IMG/VR virus record: IMGVR_UViG_3300035459_000118
Location: 1-64,000 of that record
Reading direction: 5' to 3' (one strand)
Source: a virus
Length of the DNA: 64,000 bases
Of the stretch, positions 8,667 through 18,098 are shown piece by piece. Made by a program: the position numbers and the translations under genes. The notes below the pieces were generated by a model. That model made no database searches. It had not been told where the DNA came from and worked only from the letters and a program-made list of their open reading frames with translations. Every line of letters starts with the position of its first letter. Positions within the stretch are counted from its first letter, which is position 1.

Positions 8667-9194
8667 CTACTTAGGATCACACAAACACTGAAAATGATCC
8701 GCAACCTTCATCCTGTGAAACGACGAATCCCCACAAGCACGCACAGCCCAATACATCGGCTGATATGTTCCCCATGTATATGTGTGAACAAGCTCTTGCG
8801 TATTTGGGTCAACCGACATCCGGTCACGTAAGGTGATCCGGAACCACCAGTCAGCATCCTCCTTGGCAATGGGATCTTTGCGGATGATATATTTCGGATC
8901 AATGTACCCCAGAGTATTTGCATTGATGACAGGATCACAGATCGTCAGAACAAAAGAATCCTGCCTGTATCCGAAGTCGTGCCAGAATGCTTCCCGGTGA
9001 GCCTTATCTCCCCAAGCGTCATATATCAATGGCAACCGAGGAACACTCGCCCCATCAGATTCAAAATCGATCGGCATCTCTCCTCGGCGACAGTCATGAA
9101 CCCAGATCAAAGGCTCTTCGATGATCTTACGGACGAGTCTTCCTTCAAAATACCCGCAATCTTCAGAATGAACCTGATTCAAGAACTTTGCCAT
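8667..9194 (-). CDS. DUF1353-like protein
   Basis: FESDGASVPR...AFWHDFGY...ADWWF...YWAVR motif. Confidence 0.7.
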   Translation of the reverse strand: MAKFLNQVHSEDCGYFEGRLVRKIIEEPLIWVHDCRRGEMPIDFESDGASVPRLPLIYDAWGDKAHREAFWHDFGYRQDSFVLTICDPVINANTLGYIDPKYIIRKDPIAKEDADWWFRITLRDRMSVDPNTQELVHTYTWGTYQPMYWAVRACGDSSFHRMKVADHFQCLCDPK

Positions 9195-9259
9195 AATCAT
9201 TCTCCTCAGAAAAGAATTTGCCAGAAGGGAGGTGCCCGCTCCCTTCCAGTAAATCATTT

Positions 9260-9646
9260 TCACCCAGGGATGGTACTGGCGAGCAGGAGGAACTTGTCAA
9301 TTTCCACAAGGATGGCCTGCTTATACGCAGCGGACATGGGGATCAAAGTAACCGAAATCGGCTTGTCCGTCGCTATGTATCCACTGACGATGACTCCAAT
9401 AGCAGCAGCATCTCCCGGGAACTGTTTTGCGATCTCCGCCATGAGCTGATCGTACGTCAGCGACCCGGACAAGGCGACCTTGACGGCATTCAAGCCCTGC
9501 ACGACGACCGGCTTGTACTGGGGGTTGTTCTTGAGGGTCAGGTAAAATGCTGTATCCACAGCAATATTCACCGGCGCATTGGCTGTAATCCCCGCACAAC
9601 CGATCAGAAAAACCAACATCAACAACGAAACGATAATCTTCTTCAT
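9260..9646 (-). CDS. Lipoprotein (possible spanin-type lysis component)
   Basis: MKKIIVSLLMLVFLIG-C lipobox; RBS AAGGAG. Confidence 0.55.
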   Translation of the reverse strand: MKKIIVSLLMLVFLIGCAGITANAPVNIAVDTAFYLTLKNNPQYKPVVVQGLNAVKVALSGSLTYDQLMAEIAKQFPGDAAAIGVIVSGYIATDKPISVTLIPMSAAYKQAILVEIDKFLLLASTIPG

Positions 9647-9675
9647 CTTCTTTCTCCTTTCTTGTTGTCTTTGTT

Positions 9676-10002
9676 TTAACAAGTTTTAATCTCTCCCTTG
9701 GTGATATATCCATGCCACTCACAACCCTCGCCGTTAATCTTGATTCTCAAAATACTCGGGGTGAGTGTCAGCGTCTCGAACGTATCTCCTTCCCTCTTCC
9801 ATAAAGTGCGACCATTGCCAATGGGTGCTCCACCATCAAGGGGATTCTTGAAGCAGACAAACAGCGGATGATCAGGTCCACACAACGGACAATCAAGTCC
9901 TATACCTACCCCATGACGTTCAGGCACAGGATTATGGTCAGCATCAAAAACTCCTTCCCCACCAGCGCCTACCCAATGAGGATTTAGATCAGTCAGTTTC
10001 AT
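9676..10002 (-). CDS. Cys/His small protein (DUF6527-like)
   Basis: CPLC...W...TLTPSI...CEWHGYITKG. Confidence 0.55.
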   Translation of the reverse strand: MKLTDLNPHWVGAGGEGVFDADHNPVPERHGVGIGLDCPLCGPDHPLFVCFKNPLDGGAPIGNGRTLWKREGDTFETLTLTPSILRIKINGEGCEWHGYITKGEIKTC

Positions 10003-10011
10003 ATTTCTCTC

Positions 10012-10479
10012 CTACGGTATAAACACGTGAATTCTTTTCACATTGGGACCTAGGACCTCACAATCAATATGGGTCCACGAACTTGTCGGAGGATTCGCCT
10101 CCATCCGGGTAATCTTCAACAGCCGAGGATCATCCTGATACTGCAATATCAATTTCTGAATATCGCCGGCATTAAATCCCTTAACCTTCGCATCAACAGC
10201 ATTGCCCAGTTTATGCTCGCTTTTAGGAGCTCCTGTTTTCGTAGCAGGAATACGATAGCCAGACTCTGTCAAGGGATTCACCTTCACCCAAAGCCAGTTG
10301 TTAATTGTTATGACAATATGGTCTTTCTCCGTATTCAGCTTCTCATGAAGAAACTCAGACAGGCCATCGATGGAGTCAATCAAATCGGAAGATAAGTGAT
10401 TCCAGGCATTCTCACCTTCAGATTTGAATATCTCTGGAGGAACCAATTCTTCAAGCCGAAAATACTTGCTCTTTTTCAT
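10012..10479 (-). CDS. Endolysin, peptidase M15 family
   Basis: SGYR...SEHKLGNAVD...WTHID zinc-peptidase motifs. Confidence 0.85.
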   Translation of the reverse strand: MKKSKYFRLEELVPPEIFKSEGENAWNHLSSDLIDSIDGLSEFLHEKLNTEKDHIVITINNWLWVKVNPLTESGYRIPATKTGAPKSEHKLGNAVDAKVKGFNAGDIQKLILQYQDDPRLLKITRMEANPPTSSWTHIDCEVLGPNVKRIHVFIP

Positions 10480-10594
10480 TTTCTTCCTCTTTCAAATCGT
10501 TTCTTTCCAATCTATTTTCACACACTTCCTGACAGTGCTTACATGGCCACCAATATTCTTTGCACCAAGGGAACTGGAGGATTATCCGCTCCAT

Positions 10595-11206
10595 TTATTT
10601 TCCCCAAAAGTTCTTACCTGGAACTCCCTGAATTCCCCTTTCTCCTCGATCCCCTTTCTTACCTTGCTTTCCTGAAAGATTCACCTCATCATTTATTATC
10701 TTGAATTGTTCAGTTTGGGTACAGACCGTCACTTCTCTAATCGGATTGACCGGATATGTCACACTCCATAACAACGTGTATTCTCCGGGATCAACATAAT
10801 GAGGGATCTTGACAAATATCTGATCACAATCGACTCCAACCGGAGCAACTGCATCAGAATCAACCAGGTCAATTTTATAATGATTCATCAACTTTCGGGT
10901 TAACTTTCCTTTAAGATTCATTCTTTTGCTGTAACAAACCTCATAAACCAAGGAGCCACCCGTATGAACTATCTTCCCAGTATTTATTATCTTCAATGGG
11001 GAAGATACTCTTAATGGCTCATACGGATAGAATAACCACCAAGCAATCAAAAACGAATAACATATGATCCCAATAATTGCAAAAGAGATCATGATCTCCT
11101 TGACATCGTTGCAAATGATCTTGAAAAATTCCCAGTCTATCGGAGTGTTCCAATAAATCCAGAAACGTGATATTTTATTGGTTAACAATTCTATTATCCT
11201 TATCAT
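10595..11206 (-). CDS. Membrane protein with short collagen-like tail
   Basis: TM helix; GKQGKKGDRGERGIQGVPG. Confidence 0.5.
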   Translation of the reverse strand: MIRIIELLTNKISRFWIYWNTPIDWEFFKIICNDVKEIMISFAIIGIICYSFLIAWWLFYPYEPLRVSSPLKIINTGKIVHTGGSLVYEVCYSKRMNLKGKLTRKLMNHYKIDLVDSDAVAPVGVDCDQIFVKIPHYVDPGEYTLLWSVTYPVNPIREVTVCTQTEQFKIINDEVNLSGKQGKKGDRGERGIQGVPGKNFWGK

Positions 11207-11514
11207 CTTACGACCTCCCCAGCAGTACCAGAGTTAGCATGGACATGTATTTTCTTTTCTATTTCTTCGTGGATTGTTTCACATGTCACAATCAAAGTTC
11301 TTTCGGCTATTTCTTCTTTCAACTCGTTCTTTACTTTATCGGCCTCAGACTTGAGATCATACACTGCCTGGGCCAGGTCTTTCTTTAAGGCTGCATTCGA
11401 TTCTTTGATTTCATTACGAAGAGCCTTATTGTCATCTCTCTGGATGCTGTAGAAATAAGCCATCACACCCAAAAGGAAGGAATTGATTCCCCATAGTATT
11501 TGCCAAGTCTCCAT
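11203..11514 (-). CDS. Holin/antiholin-like membrane protein
   Basis: N-terminal TM helix plus coiled coil, upstream of the endolysin. Confidence 0.4.
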   Translation of the reverse strand: METWQILWGINSFLLGVMAYFYSIQRDDNKALRNEIKESNAALKKDLAQAVYDLKSEADKVKNELKEEIAERTLIVTCETIHEEIEKKIHVHANSGTAGEVVR

Positions 11515-11533
11515 GCTGCCTTCCCTCCTTTTG

Positions 11534-11818
11534 CTAGAAAAATATATTCGGCCACTCGGCTTTTATGAATTCTCGTATTGCATAAGGTCTGCCTTCGACC
11601 ACTTCCTGCCGACCTTCGGTGCATGTTGCATTGTCGATCCATATATCCTTACCGTCTATTGAAACAACCGCCTGACAATGGTCATGCCCATCTGCATCCT
11701 TGCCCCCAAAAATGTAAGAGCTATACTTCTCTCCGAGGGCAAGAGCATTCCTCAACGCATTATGGCGGCACTGAGGAGGGGCGTCGATCTTCTTCTTGAG
11801 GAAGTCCCAAAAGGCCAT
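11534..11818 (-). CDS. Hypothetical protein (Cys-His-Asp, transglutaminase-like?)
   Basis: Start MAFWDF at 11818; CRHNA...HCQAV...WID. Confidence 0.35.
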   Translation of the reverse strand: MAFWDFLKKKIDAPPQCRHNALRNALALGEKYSSYIFGGKDADGHDHCQAVVSIDGKDIWIDNATCTEGRQEVVEGRPYAIREFIKAEWPNIFF

Positions 11819-11819
11819 C

Positions 11820-13982
11820 TCACATATCTCCCAAGTACAGCACCTTGTAAGTGCTTGCCGCATTCGGATCAAATCCCGCTTCCTTGACCAAGTATCCCCT
11901 GCTCCCGCCCTTGGTGGAGAGGAGGAGTGCACCTGTGGCGGCTGGCATGGTGACTGGTTCAAGTTTCCAGTTGTCCATGGTAGCGTTTACAGCAGCACTA
12001 TTTCTTTTAATAACCGCCGTAGAATTCTTGCAAGTAAAATACCCTGCTTGACTTGCTCCTATACTTGAATAAATTTTCCCTGTTGAGGCTCCTGCTATAT
12101 TATCGCCAGCTAAAAAAGTACCGGTTATTGCACTAATATCAAGCGTAGTCCGATAAAGAGTACCTATCGTTAAAACACTCTTTTGTATTCCGATTGCTGT
12201 ACCGTCGGAAACCAAGTGCATGTTACCGGCAGGATTTTGTTCTGTATAATTGTTCCCATCAAGAACACCATACTGGCTCCATCCGGTAGGCAACGATCCT
12301 GTCCAAGCCGTAAAATCATTTCCCACATCTGCTCCCACCGCCAGCCCACTCGGAGCCGTACTTGATATATACCCCGCTGCCATCCCCGTAGCCTGATAGA
12401 AGGCGATCATGTACCTGCCATCCTGATATGGGGAGAGATCAACTCCCACCGGAGCAGCGAAAGCGTTGCTCACAGTGGTGTCCATCAGGGCATTGCCTGC
12501 TGTGATGGAGCCAGTGGCTACGATGGGAGCGTTCAGCACCTTGAAGAGTTGGTAGGTGTAGCCACTTGGGTCATTGTAGTTGAACACCGCATCCTTGGCA
12601 GACCAGTTGTAGAGAGTGCCACCCTTGAGAGAGGTGATGGTGGAGCCGGAAGTGGAGGGGGTGAGGACTTGAGCTACGCTCATCCCAGGAAATGTAGCAG
12701 TCAAGGGGCTGATTGCAGTAATTCCTGTGCTTGTTGCTCCAGCCGTAACAGCGGTATGATACTCGGTATGAGTTGCTGCATCCGTAAAGGTAGCACTTGC
12801 AGTACCATCTCTTCTAATTGCCCAAGTTCCAGAAGTTAGACTATCGCATGTAACTGATGATTTTAACAGTTTACCCTGTACGGATAAAAGTTGCGCTGTT
12901 CTTGTCGCAGCAAGAGCGGCGGCAGCGGCTGCCTTCCCAGCCGCAACCAACCAGCCCGTATCTTGTGTTGTCCATTTCGAGGTATCGTCAAACGTGGGAT
13001 CGAGTAAAAGTTCTGTGCTTGTCTCCCCCGTCCCCACGCTCCTCGTGAATCCCTGTATCGCCCTGCCAGCAGAGTCACGAACGACGAGGAGATGGCCCTG
13101 GTGATTGGTCAGAGGGGTAACGCTGAATATCTCATACGTCACTCCACCTGAGTAGTTGGGATCGAACGTGGCATCCTGGTAGGCCCAGGACTGAGTCGCA
13201 CCGCCAGAAGTGGAGTAGATTTTGGCTCCAGTGGTGGCGAGGTCGGTGACACGTTGGACTGAAATAGATGTAACATCCGTCTGCCCACCTGTAGCTCGTA
13301 CCTCAATAGTGCCCGAAGCTACAGTACTTGTTGCATACTTATTCCCCCCCCCCAAAGTGGCAAAGATTATAGAATCAGTCTGGTTATCTCTTATACTAGG
13401 ATTCGTACCAGTTGAAGCTCCCACAAAGGATGATTTGTATAAGGCGTAACGGGTTAAAATAGAGGTTTTCTTAACACCACCAAAATCAGTACAGCTAAAA
13501 GAATCAGTATCAATTATCGTTGTTGTTCCTACCGTTCCCCACCCACTGGTAAAATTAAAAGTAGCAAACGGATTTGTATCTAACGCCTCCCCCCCTGCCG
13601 CTCCAATATACCCCTCAATCCTCAGCCCATTACTCCTGACCCTGATCTTCTTCCCGATGTGAGCAGACAGATCGACCCCCACCAGTTCAAGGAGAGCACC
13701 GGCAGCAACCGTAGCAATCCGGGTGTTTATTGCCGTTACCGTACCAGAAGCGACGGGTGTAAGATCATTGACTGTTGTAGCAACAAAATCAGCGAATGCC
13801 CCACCGGAGGCAGTCCCTTCTCCATTTGTGGCGGAGATCTTCATGTTCTGTTGACTGACGGTTCCAGAGGCTACAAGTATCTTGGATACGGTATCATCCT
13901 CTTCCCCACCAGCCCACGCGGTCTGGAAGGGGAGAACGACCAGAGACAGGCAAAGGAGGTATGCGAGAAATCGTTTAAACAT
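11820..13982 (-). CDS. Signal-peptide-bearing beta-rich fibre/adhesin-like protein with three internal repeats
   Basis: MFKRFLAYLLCLSLVVLPFQTAWA leader; Thr/Gly/Ser-rich; repeated G.I.S.KGG...DA.FD.N...Y motif. Confidence 0.55.
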   Translation of the reverse strand: MFKRFLAYLLCLSLVVLPFQTAWAGGEEDDTVSKILVASGTVSQQNMKISATNGEGTASGGAFADFVATTVNDLTPVASGTVTAINTRIATVAAGALLELVGVDLSAHIGKKIRVRSNGLRIEGYIGAAGGEALDTNPFATFNFTSGWGTVGTTTIIDTDSFSCTDFGGVKKTSILTRYALYKSSFVGASTGTNPSIRDNQTDSIIFATLGGGNKYATSTVASGTIEVRATGGQTDVTSISVQRVTDLATTGAKIYSTSGGATQSWAYQDATFDPNYSGGVTYEIFSVTPLTNHQGHLLVVRDSAGRAIQGFTRSVGTGETSTELLLDPTFDDTSKWTTQDTGWLVAAGKAAAAAALAATRTAQLLSVQGKLLKSSVTCDSLTSGTWAIRRDGTASATFTDAATHTEYHTAVTAGATSTGITAISPLTATFPGMSVAQVLTPSTSGSTITSLKGGTLYNWSAKDAVFNYNDPSGYTYQLFKVLNAPIVATGSITAGNALMDTTVSNAFAAPVGVDLSPYQDGRYMIAFYQATGMAAGYISSTAPSGLAVGADVGNDFTAWTGSLPTGWSQYGVLDGNNYTEQNPAGNMHLVSDGTAIGIQKSVLTIGTLYRTTLDISAITGTFLAGDNIAGASTGKIYSSIGASQAGYFTCKNSTAVIKRNSAAVNATMDNWKLEPVTMPAATGALLLSTKGGSRGYLVKEAGFDPNAASTYKVLYLGDM

Positions 13983-13986
13983 GGAA

Positions 13987-14226
13987 TTACTCCTTTACTA
14001 TACCTTTTTGATCAGCCAATCCAAGAGATACTGCCGCAGAAGACTGGGAGAGGATCGCATCCTTCTCCTCATCAGGGAGGGCAATGAAGGCATTAATTCG
14101 ATCTGACCTTTCCTTCTCCTTCTTCTGATTCAACCGATCATCAGCCAGTGCCTCGGCATATCCCTGGATTTCGTCTTTGATAATTTCTGCTTGTTCATCC
14201 GTCAAGGTAATTGTGATGTCTGCCAT
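13987..14226 (-). CDS. Hypothetical protein (possible fibre chaperone)
   Basis: Short acidic ORF between two fibre-like genes. Confidence 0.4.
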   Translation of the reverse strand: MADITITLTDEQAEIIKDEIQGYAEALADDRLNQKKEKERSDRINAFIALPDEEKDAILSQSSAAVSLGLADQKGIVKE

Positions 14227-14228
14227 GA

Positions 14229-15761
14229 TTAAGCTCCTCCATCAATAAATAATCCAACACCTGTTGATTTACATTCGTAATATCCCGTCACAACACACTT
14301 GCACCTTATCGACGCACGGATAGTCCCATCCGAAGTAGCCTTATTACCGGCAGCCAGAGCGGTTCCATTCAGGTAGATGACATCCGTTCCAGTTACTACA
14401 TCCACGCTGAACACCGTCGCAGTTGTCGCCATCACCTCAACATTACGACCAATAACAGCCGTCGGAAGCGAGGCAATGTATGCTCCTGTAACAAGGGCTG
14501 TCTGACCTGTTGTCTCATTGATGGTCAAATTGCGGGTAGAAGAAACCGTAACCACCTGGGTGTCTCCAAGAAGTCGGCCATCCCCCTTACGATAAGAATA
14601 ACACAACCAATTCCCGGAACCCAAAGATTCAAACACTGCTGTATCACCAACAGCAGTTGTGATTGTTCTGGCTCCTGGGAGAATAAATGACGTCACATTG
14701 TATGTCAGATCCCGAGCGACTGTGAAACGCAAATAAAAGATGTATCCCGCAGGGACCGTACCGAACGTGGAAATGGCTGTCGCATCAGTTGTAATATCCA
14801 AAACATCTCCGGTAGCTGTTGATAAATCTACCGTCGCGCCGGCAAAGTCAGCACCCTTACCTCGAATCTGGCCGGTCCCATAGTGACCTGGGCCGTAGAG
14901 TTGCAGACTAGCGTTATTCCCGACAGTAGCAACGGAAAGGAACTTGCCGACAATCTGCAAACCATTTCCAACTGCCGTACTGTTTGTTTGACCGCTATCC
15001 CTACACCTTCCGGCTGTTCCGGTGCCAACAACAGCAAGATTTCCAATCACGGGAGTATTGTCAGCTACACAATTTACAATTCCCCTTGTGGCTACTTCAA
15101 GAGATTGACCTGAAGTCTTGGTGGAAATGGCAACACCCAAAATACCTACGTCACCAACAACAGCAGTTACCACATTCCCCGTATTATCAATCTTCACAAG
15201 AAGATTTGCAGTCGTTCCAGTTGTGCCGGCAGTCTTGGTTGTGCTTAGGTATGAAGACCCAAGAGTGGATGGAGCTGTTCCTTTGATGAATCCAGCCCCA
15301 GTTGTAGAGGTTGTATAATCGGTCCCTGCGCCTGCAGCAGAAATCGCTCCAGCTCCGTTTGCTTTCACAATCCCGTTCACGGCACCGACTACAGGATCTG
15401 TCTCGGTAATTACCCCGCCGCTACATTCACCATATACGAGAGACCCATCAGATCCGGCAACCTTGATGCAATATCCAACAGTAGCCGTACCGGTAACAAT
15501 CGTTGATATGGGGATACCGTTTATAATTGACCCGTCAGGCATCATATATTTAGCTGCCTGGACGGGCATGGTGCTGTACTGACGTGCTCGTGCGGCACTA
15601 GCTGGGGCAACCGTAGTAGCATTTACGATCGACACAATGCGGCCGTCGGGCAAGAGGACTTTGTCCGCAATGGGAGGATAATTGTCATATGAAGGCGTTG
15701 CCGCTAATGCCGAAAGCGAAAGCAGCAAAATCATCATTACTATAGAAAATATCTTTTTCAT
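14229..15761 (-). CDS. Signal-peptide-bearing fibre-like structural protein
   Basis: Likely start MKKIFSIVMMILLLSLSALA at 15761 with GGAGGT RBS; ETDP, AAGAGTDY and LPG...ITTAVGD...SLGSGNW fibre-type motifs. Confidence 0.55.
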   Translation of the reverse strand: MKKIFSIVMMILLLSLSALAATPSYDNYPPIADKVLLPDGRIVSIVNATTVAPASAARARQYSTMPVQAAKYMMPDGSIINGIPISTIVTGTATVGYCIKVAGSDGSLVYGECSGGVITETDPVVGAVNGIVKANGAGAISAAGAGTDYTTSTTGAGFIKGTAPSTLGSSYLSTTKTAGTTGTTANLLVKIDNTGNVVTAVVGDVGILGVAISTKTSGQSLEVATRGIVNCVADNTPVIGNLAVVGTGTAGRCRDSGQTNSTAVGNGLQIVGKFLSVATVGNNASLQLYGPGHYGTGQIRGKGADFAGATVDLSTATGDVLDITTDATAISTFGTVPAGYIFYLRFTVARDLTYNVTSFILPGARTITTAVGDTAVFESLGSGNWLCYSYRKGDGRLLGDTQVVTVSSTRNLTINETTGQTALVTGAYIASLPTAVIGRNVEVMATTATVFSVDVVTGTDVIYLNGTALAAGNKATSDGTIRASIRCKCVVTGYYECKSTGVGLFIDGGA

Positions 15762-15780
15762 CTGCGTTACCTCCAGAATT

Positions 15781-17055
15781 TCAAACAAAATCTGCGAACG
15801 AAAGAGCCTTTGCCAATTGAAGTTCCGTAAATCCCCAAACCAGGGCATCCATCCTATTCGGGCTTCTCTCTCCTGGCGTCCAGAGACACATCTCGTCCTC
15901 AAGATATCCGAACGTTCCTACATGGTGACCGCGACCTTGCTCATACACGATTGAGACAGGTTCTGCCCTTGTTCGCTTTGACTTAGAGGCGGAAACCAGG
16001 ACGACCTTTACCTGCCGATCTACCTGGGCTATGACCTGAGCGATCATCTCTCCGCCGTTATTCTTCTCGGCTACTATATACATTGCGCCAGACTGGTAAA
16101 GAGCAGCAACAGCAGCCTTAGCCCAAACAAGTGGAGTGCCTTGAATCGAATCATCACGAAATACATACCCATGATTCTTGCATTTTCCGCACGTTATGAT
16201 CCCGCACTCATCGCCAGTGGAGGAAACCGAAGGGTCAATTGCCACAATGATCTTCTCCATTTTGGGAAGATCGGAGAAGACCCTGGTCTTCTCTATCGTA
16301 TCTCTCCTCCAGAGGGCACCAGGAACCTCATCAACATCCTCGGCCAGAATCTCCATCCTGTACGCGACCGAGGTCATATCCTGAGTAATCTCGCTCAGAG
16401 CAGCTTTACTGAGATGAGGATTGTCCATCGAAGTAAAATGGAAGGCTGCATAACGAGCAGGATTCAGCTTCTGTTGTTCAGATATCTTTTTAAAGAGCTT
16501 TGCTGCATGCTGAGGATCGCTCGCCTTTGTCTTGAGAGCCGACCTCGTCCGCAGCGACGGAGGGGTATATATGAATATCGCATCTCCGTCTGTATCCAGA
16601 AGCATGGGGGCTCCAACCAACCCCCATGCATCTTCATTCATCAACTGCCATTCATCAAGGATTAGGACATCCGCATAATCTCCCCGAAGGGAATCCGCGT
16701 TCCAGGCTGTCTTTGCCTTGATACGCTGCTCGGTCCCTGGGACCTCAATGTAATGCTCCGATTCGTTTTTATAAAGAACCTTCGCTTTAATCGGCTCATC
16801 AAGTGCTCTTGTTACTGTCGCCCAGAATCTGCCGATCTGCTCCATCGTAGGAGCTGCGTAGAGAACCCGCTTTTGCTTTAAGAATACCTCGGTACCAAGT
16901 ATCCCGACTCCTACTGTCTTGCCTCCCCGTCGGCCTGCCTTGATCATCTTGCGCTTTGCAGGAGAATCAATGAACTCTCTCTGCTTGGGGGTAGGCCTTG
17001 GTAATCTTACCTTATAAGTACGTGCCTCTTGTTGGGACGATGATGCCTCCTGCAT
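15781..17055 (-). CDS. terL: Terminase large subunit
   Basis: AGRRGGKT Walker A, LILDE Walker B, IVAIDPS and NRMDA nuclease motifs. Confidence 0.95.
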   Translation of the reverse strand: MQEASSSQQEARTYKVRLPRPTPKQREFIDSPAKRKMIKAGRRGGKTVGVGILGTEVFLKQKRVLYAAPTMEQIGRFWATVTRALDEPIKAKVLYKNESEHYIEVPGTEQRIKAKTAWNADSLRGDYADVLILDEWQLMNEDAWGLVGAPMLLDTDGDAIFIYTPPSLRTRSALKTKASDPQHAAKLFKKISEQQKLNPARYAAFHFTSMDNPHLSKAALSEITQDMTSVAYRMEILAEDVDEVPGALWRRDTIEKTRVFSDLPKMEKIIVAIDPSVSSTGDECGIITCGKCKNHGYVFRDDSIQGTPLVWAKAAVAALYQSGAMYIVAEKNNGGEMIAQVIAQVDRQVKVVLVSASKSKRTRAEPVSIVYEQGRGHHVGTFGYLEDEMCLWTPGERSPNRMDALVWGFTELQLAKALSFADFV

Positions 17056-17804
17056 CAGACAGTATCCCCTTCCTGTTGTACGGGTTTATCGGTATATTCC
17101 ACCAAGAGTTTGACAGGAGTATTAAGATCGATCTCGTGCTTATCCTTAAATATCCCGATCTCCTGACCCATCTTTATCAATGCCCCCGGCTTATCGTAAA
17201 GCTCGAATTCAATACGCTCGTCGATTATCTCATCGCCAGGATTTCCATCTATCGACTTCCTGACGAGAACACGGCGCGTCCTGTTTATTCTAATCTTCTT
17301 GATTGCCTTGCTTGCCTGAAATGGTAGGTCCTTAAGATTGGTAATCTTAATGTCTCCTTCTGGAGTAAGATAATCGGCAATATCAGAGTGTGCGAGAATG
17401 GACATCTCCTTGAGCACTTTGGCTTTATCATTGATATACCGGGTGGAAATGTCCTTCTCTTTTGCTGTGATTGCCTCTTGTACTTTAATACTACTTAAAA
17501 CCTGAGAAGCCCTGACAGCAGCAGACTCATCTGAAGAAACATTAAAGCTCTTACAACGGAGTACAGCTTGCATCCCATTGTAATCCTTTGTATATTCACG
17601 AACAAACTCGCGCTGCTTACTAGTAAGACCAAAAGGATCAGTATCTAATCTCCCATTCTTGCTCACTGTGCTTTTCTTCTTCTTGGGAGGAAGAAATCTT
17701 GAATTATTAAATCTCCTACTACCTGCACCATAGAATACTTGTTTCTGGGAGGTTTGATCTTTTGGTTGAGGTATGTTGAATCGGCTGGTCATATTGGTTT
17801 CCAT
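17055..17804 (-). CDS. terS: Terminase small subunit
   Basis: LTSKQREFVREYTKDYNGMQA HTH and ELYDKPGAL...LG.F motifs; overlaps the terL start. Confidence 0.9.
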   Translation of the reverse strand: METNMTSRFNIPQPKDQTSQKQVFYGAGSRRFNNSRFLPPKKKKSTVSKNGRLDTDPFGLTSKQREFVREYTKDYNGMQAVLRCKSFNVSSDESAAVRASQVLSSIKVQEAITAKEKDISTRYINDKAKVLKEMSILAHSDIADYLTPEGDIKITNLKDLPFQASKAIKKIRINRTRRVLVRKSIDGNPGDEIIDERIEFELYDKPGALIKMGQEIGIFKDKHEIDLNTPVKLLVEYTDKPVQQEGDTV

Positions 17805-17828
17805 TTCAATAAATAGACTGATACATCT

Positions 17829-17871
17829 ATTTATATAAATGGAAATTGGGGGTCTCTAAAAATTTTATTTT
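17829..17871 (-). promoter_or_regulatory. Class A phage promoter-like motif upstream of terS
   Basis: AAATAAAATTTTTAG-N17-TTATATAAATA on the minus strand. Confidence 0.75.
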
Positions 17872-17895
17872 CATCGGAAGATTGCTAGAAACACA

Positions 17896-17932
17896 AATGC
17901 AGAAAGGTGATTGGTTATCCTTTCTGCATTTG
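17896..17932. terminator. Strong hairpin, possible terminator
   Basis: aaatgcagaaagg...cctttctgcattt inverted repeat. Confidence 0.5.
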
Positions 17933-18098
17933 CTGACCTGGGTTTCTATATTGGCAACCCTTGTCTATGCTTTCAGGCGTGAAAGCTTTGGCATAGTGCT
18001 CCGATGATGGAGCAAGCGGAGATTCTCAGGCTAACCTACGGCCACAACGTAGTGCCTGTTATGTGTAAACATGAAGGAAGCTTCCGAGGTCCTCCTTT

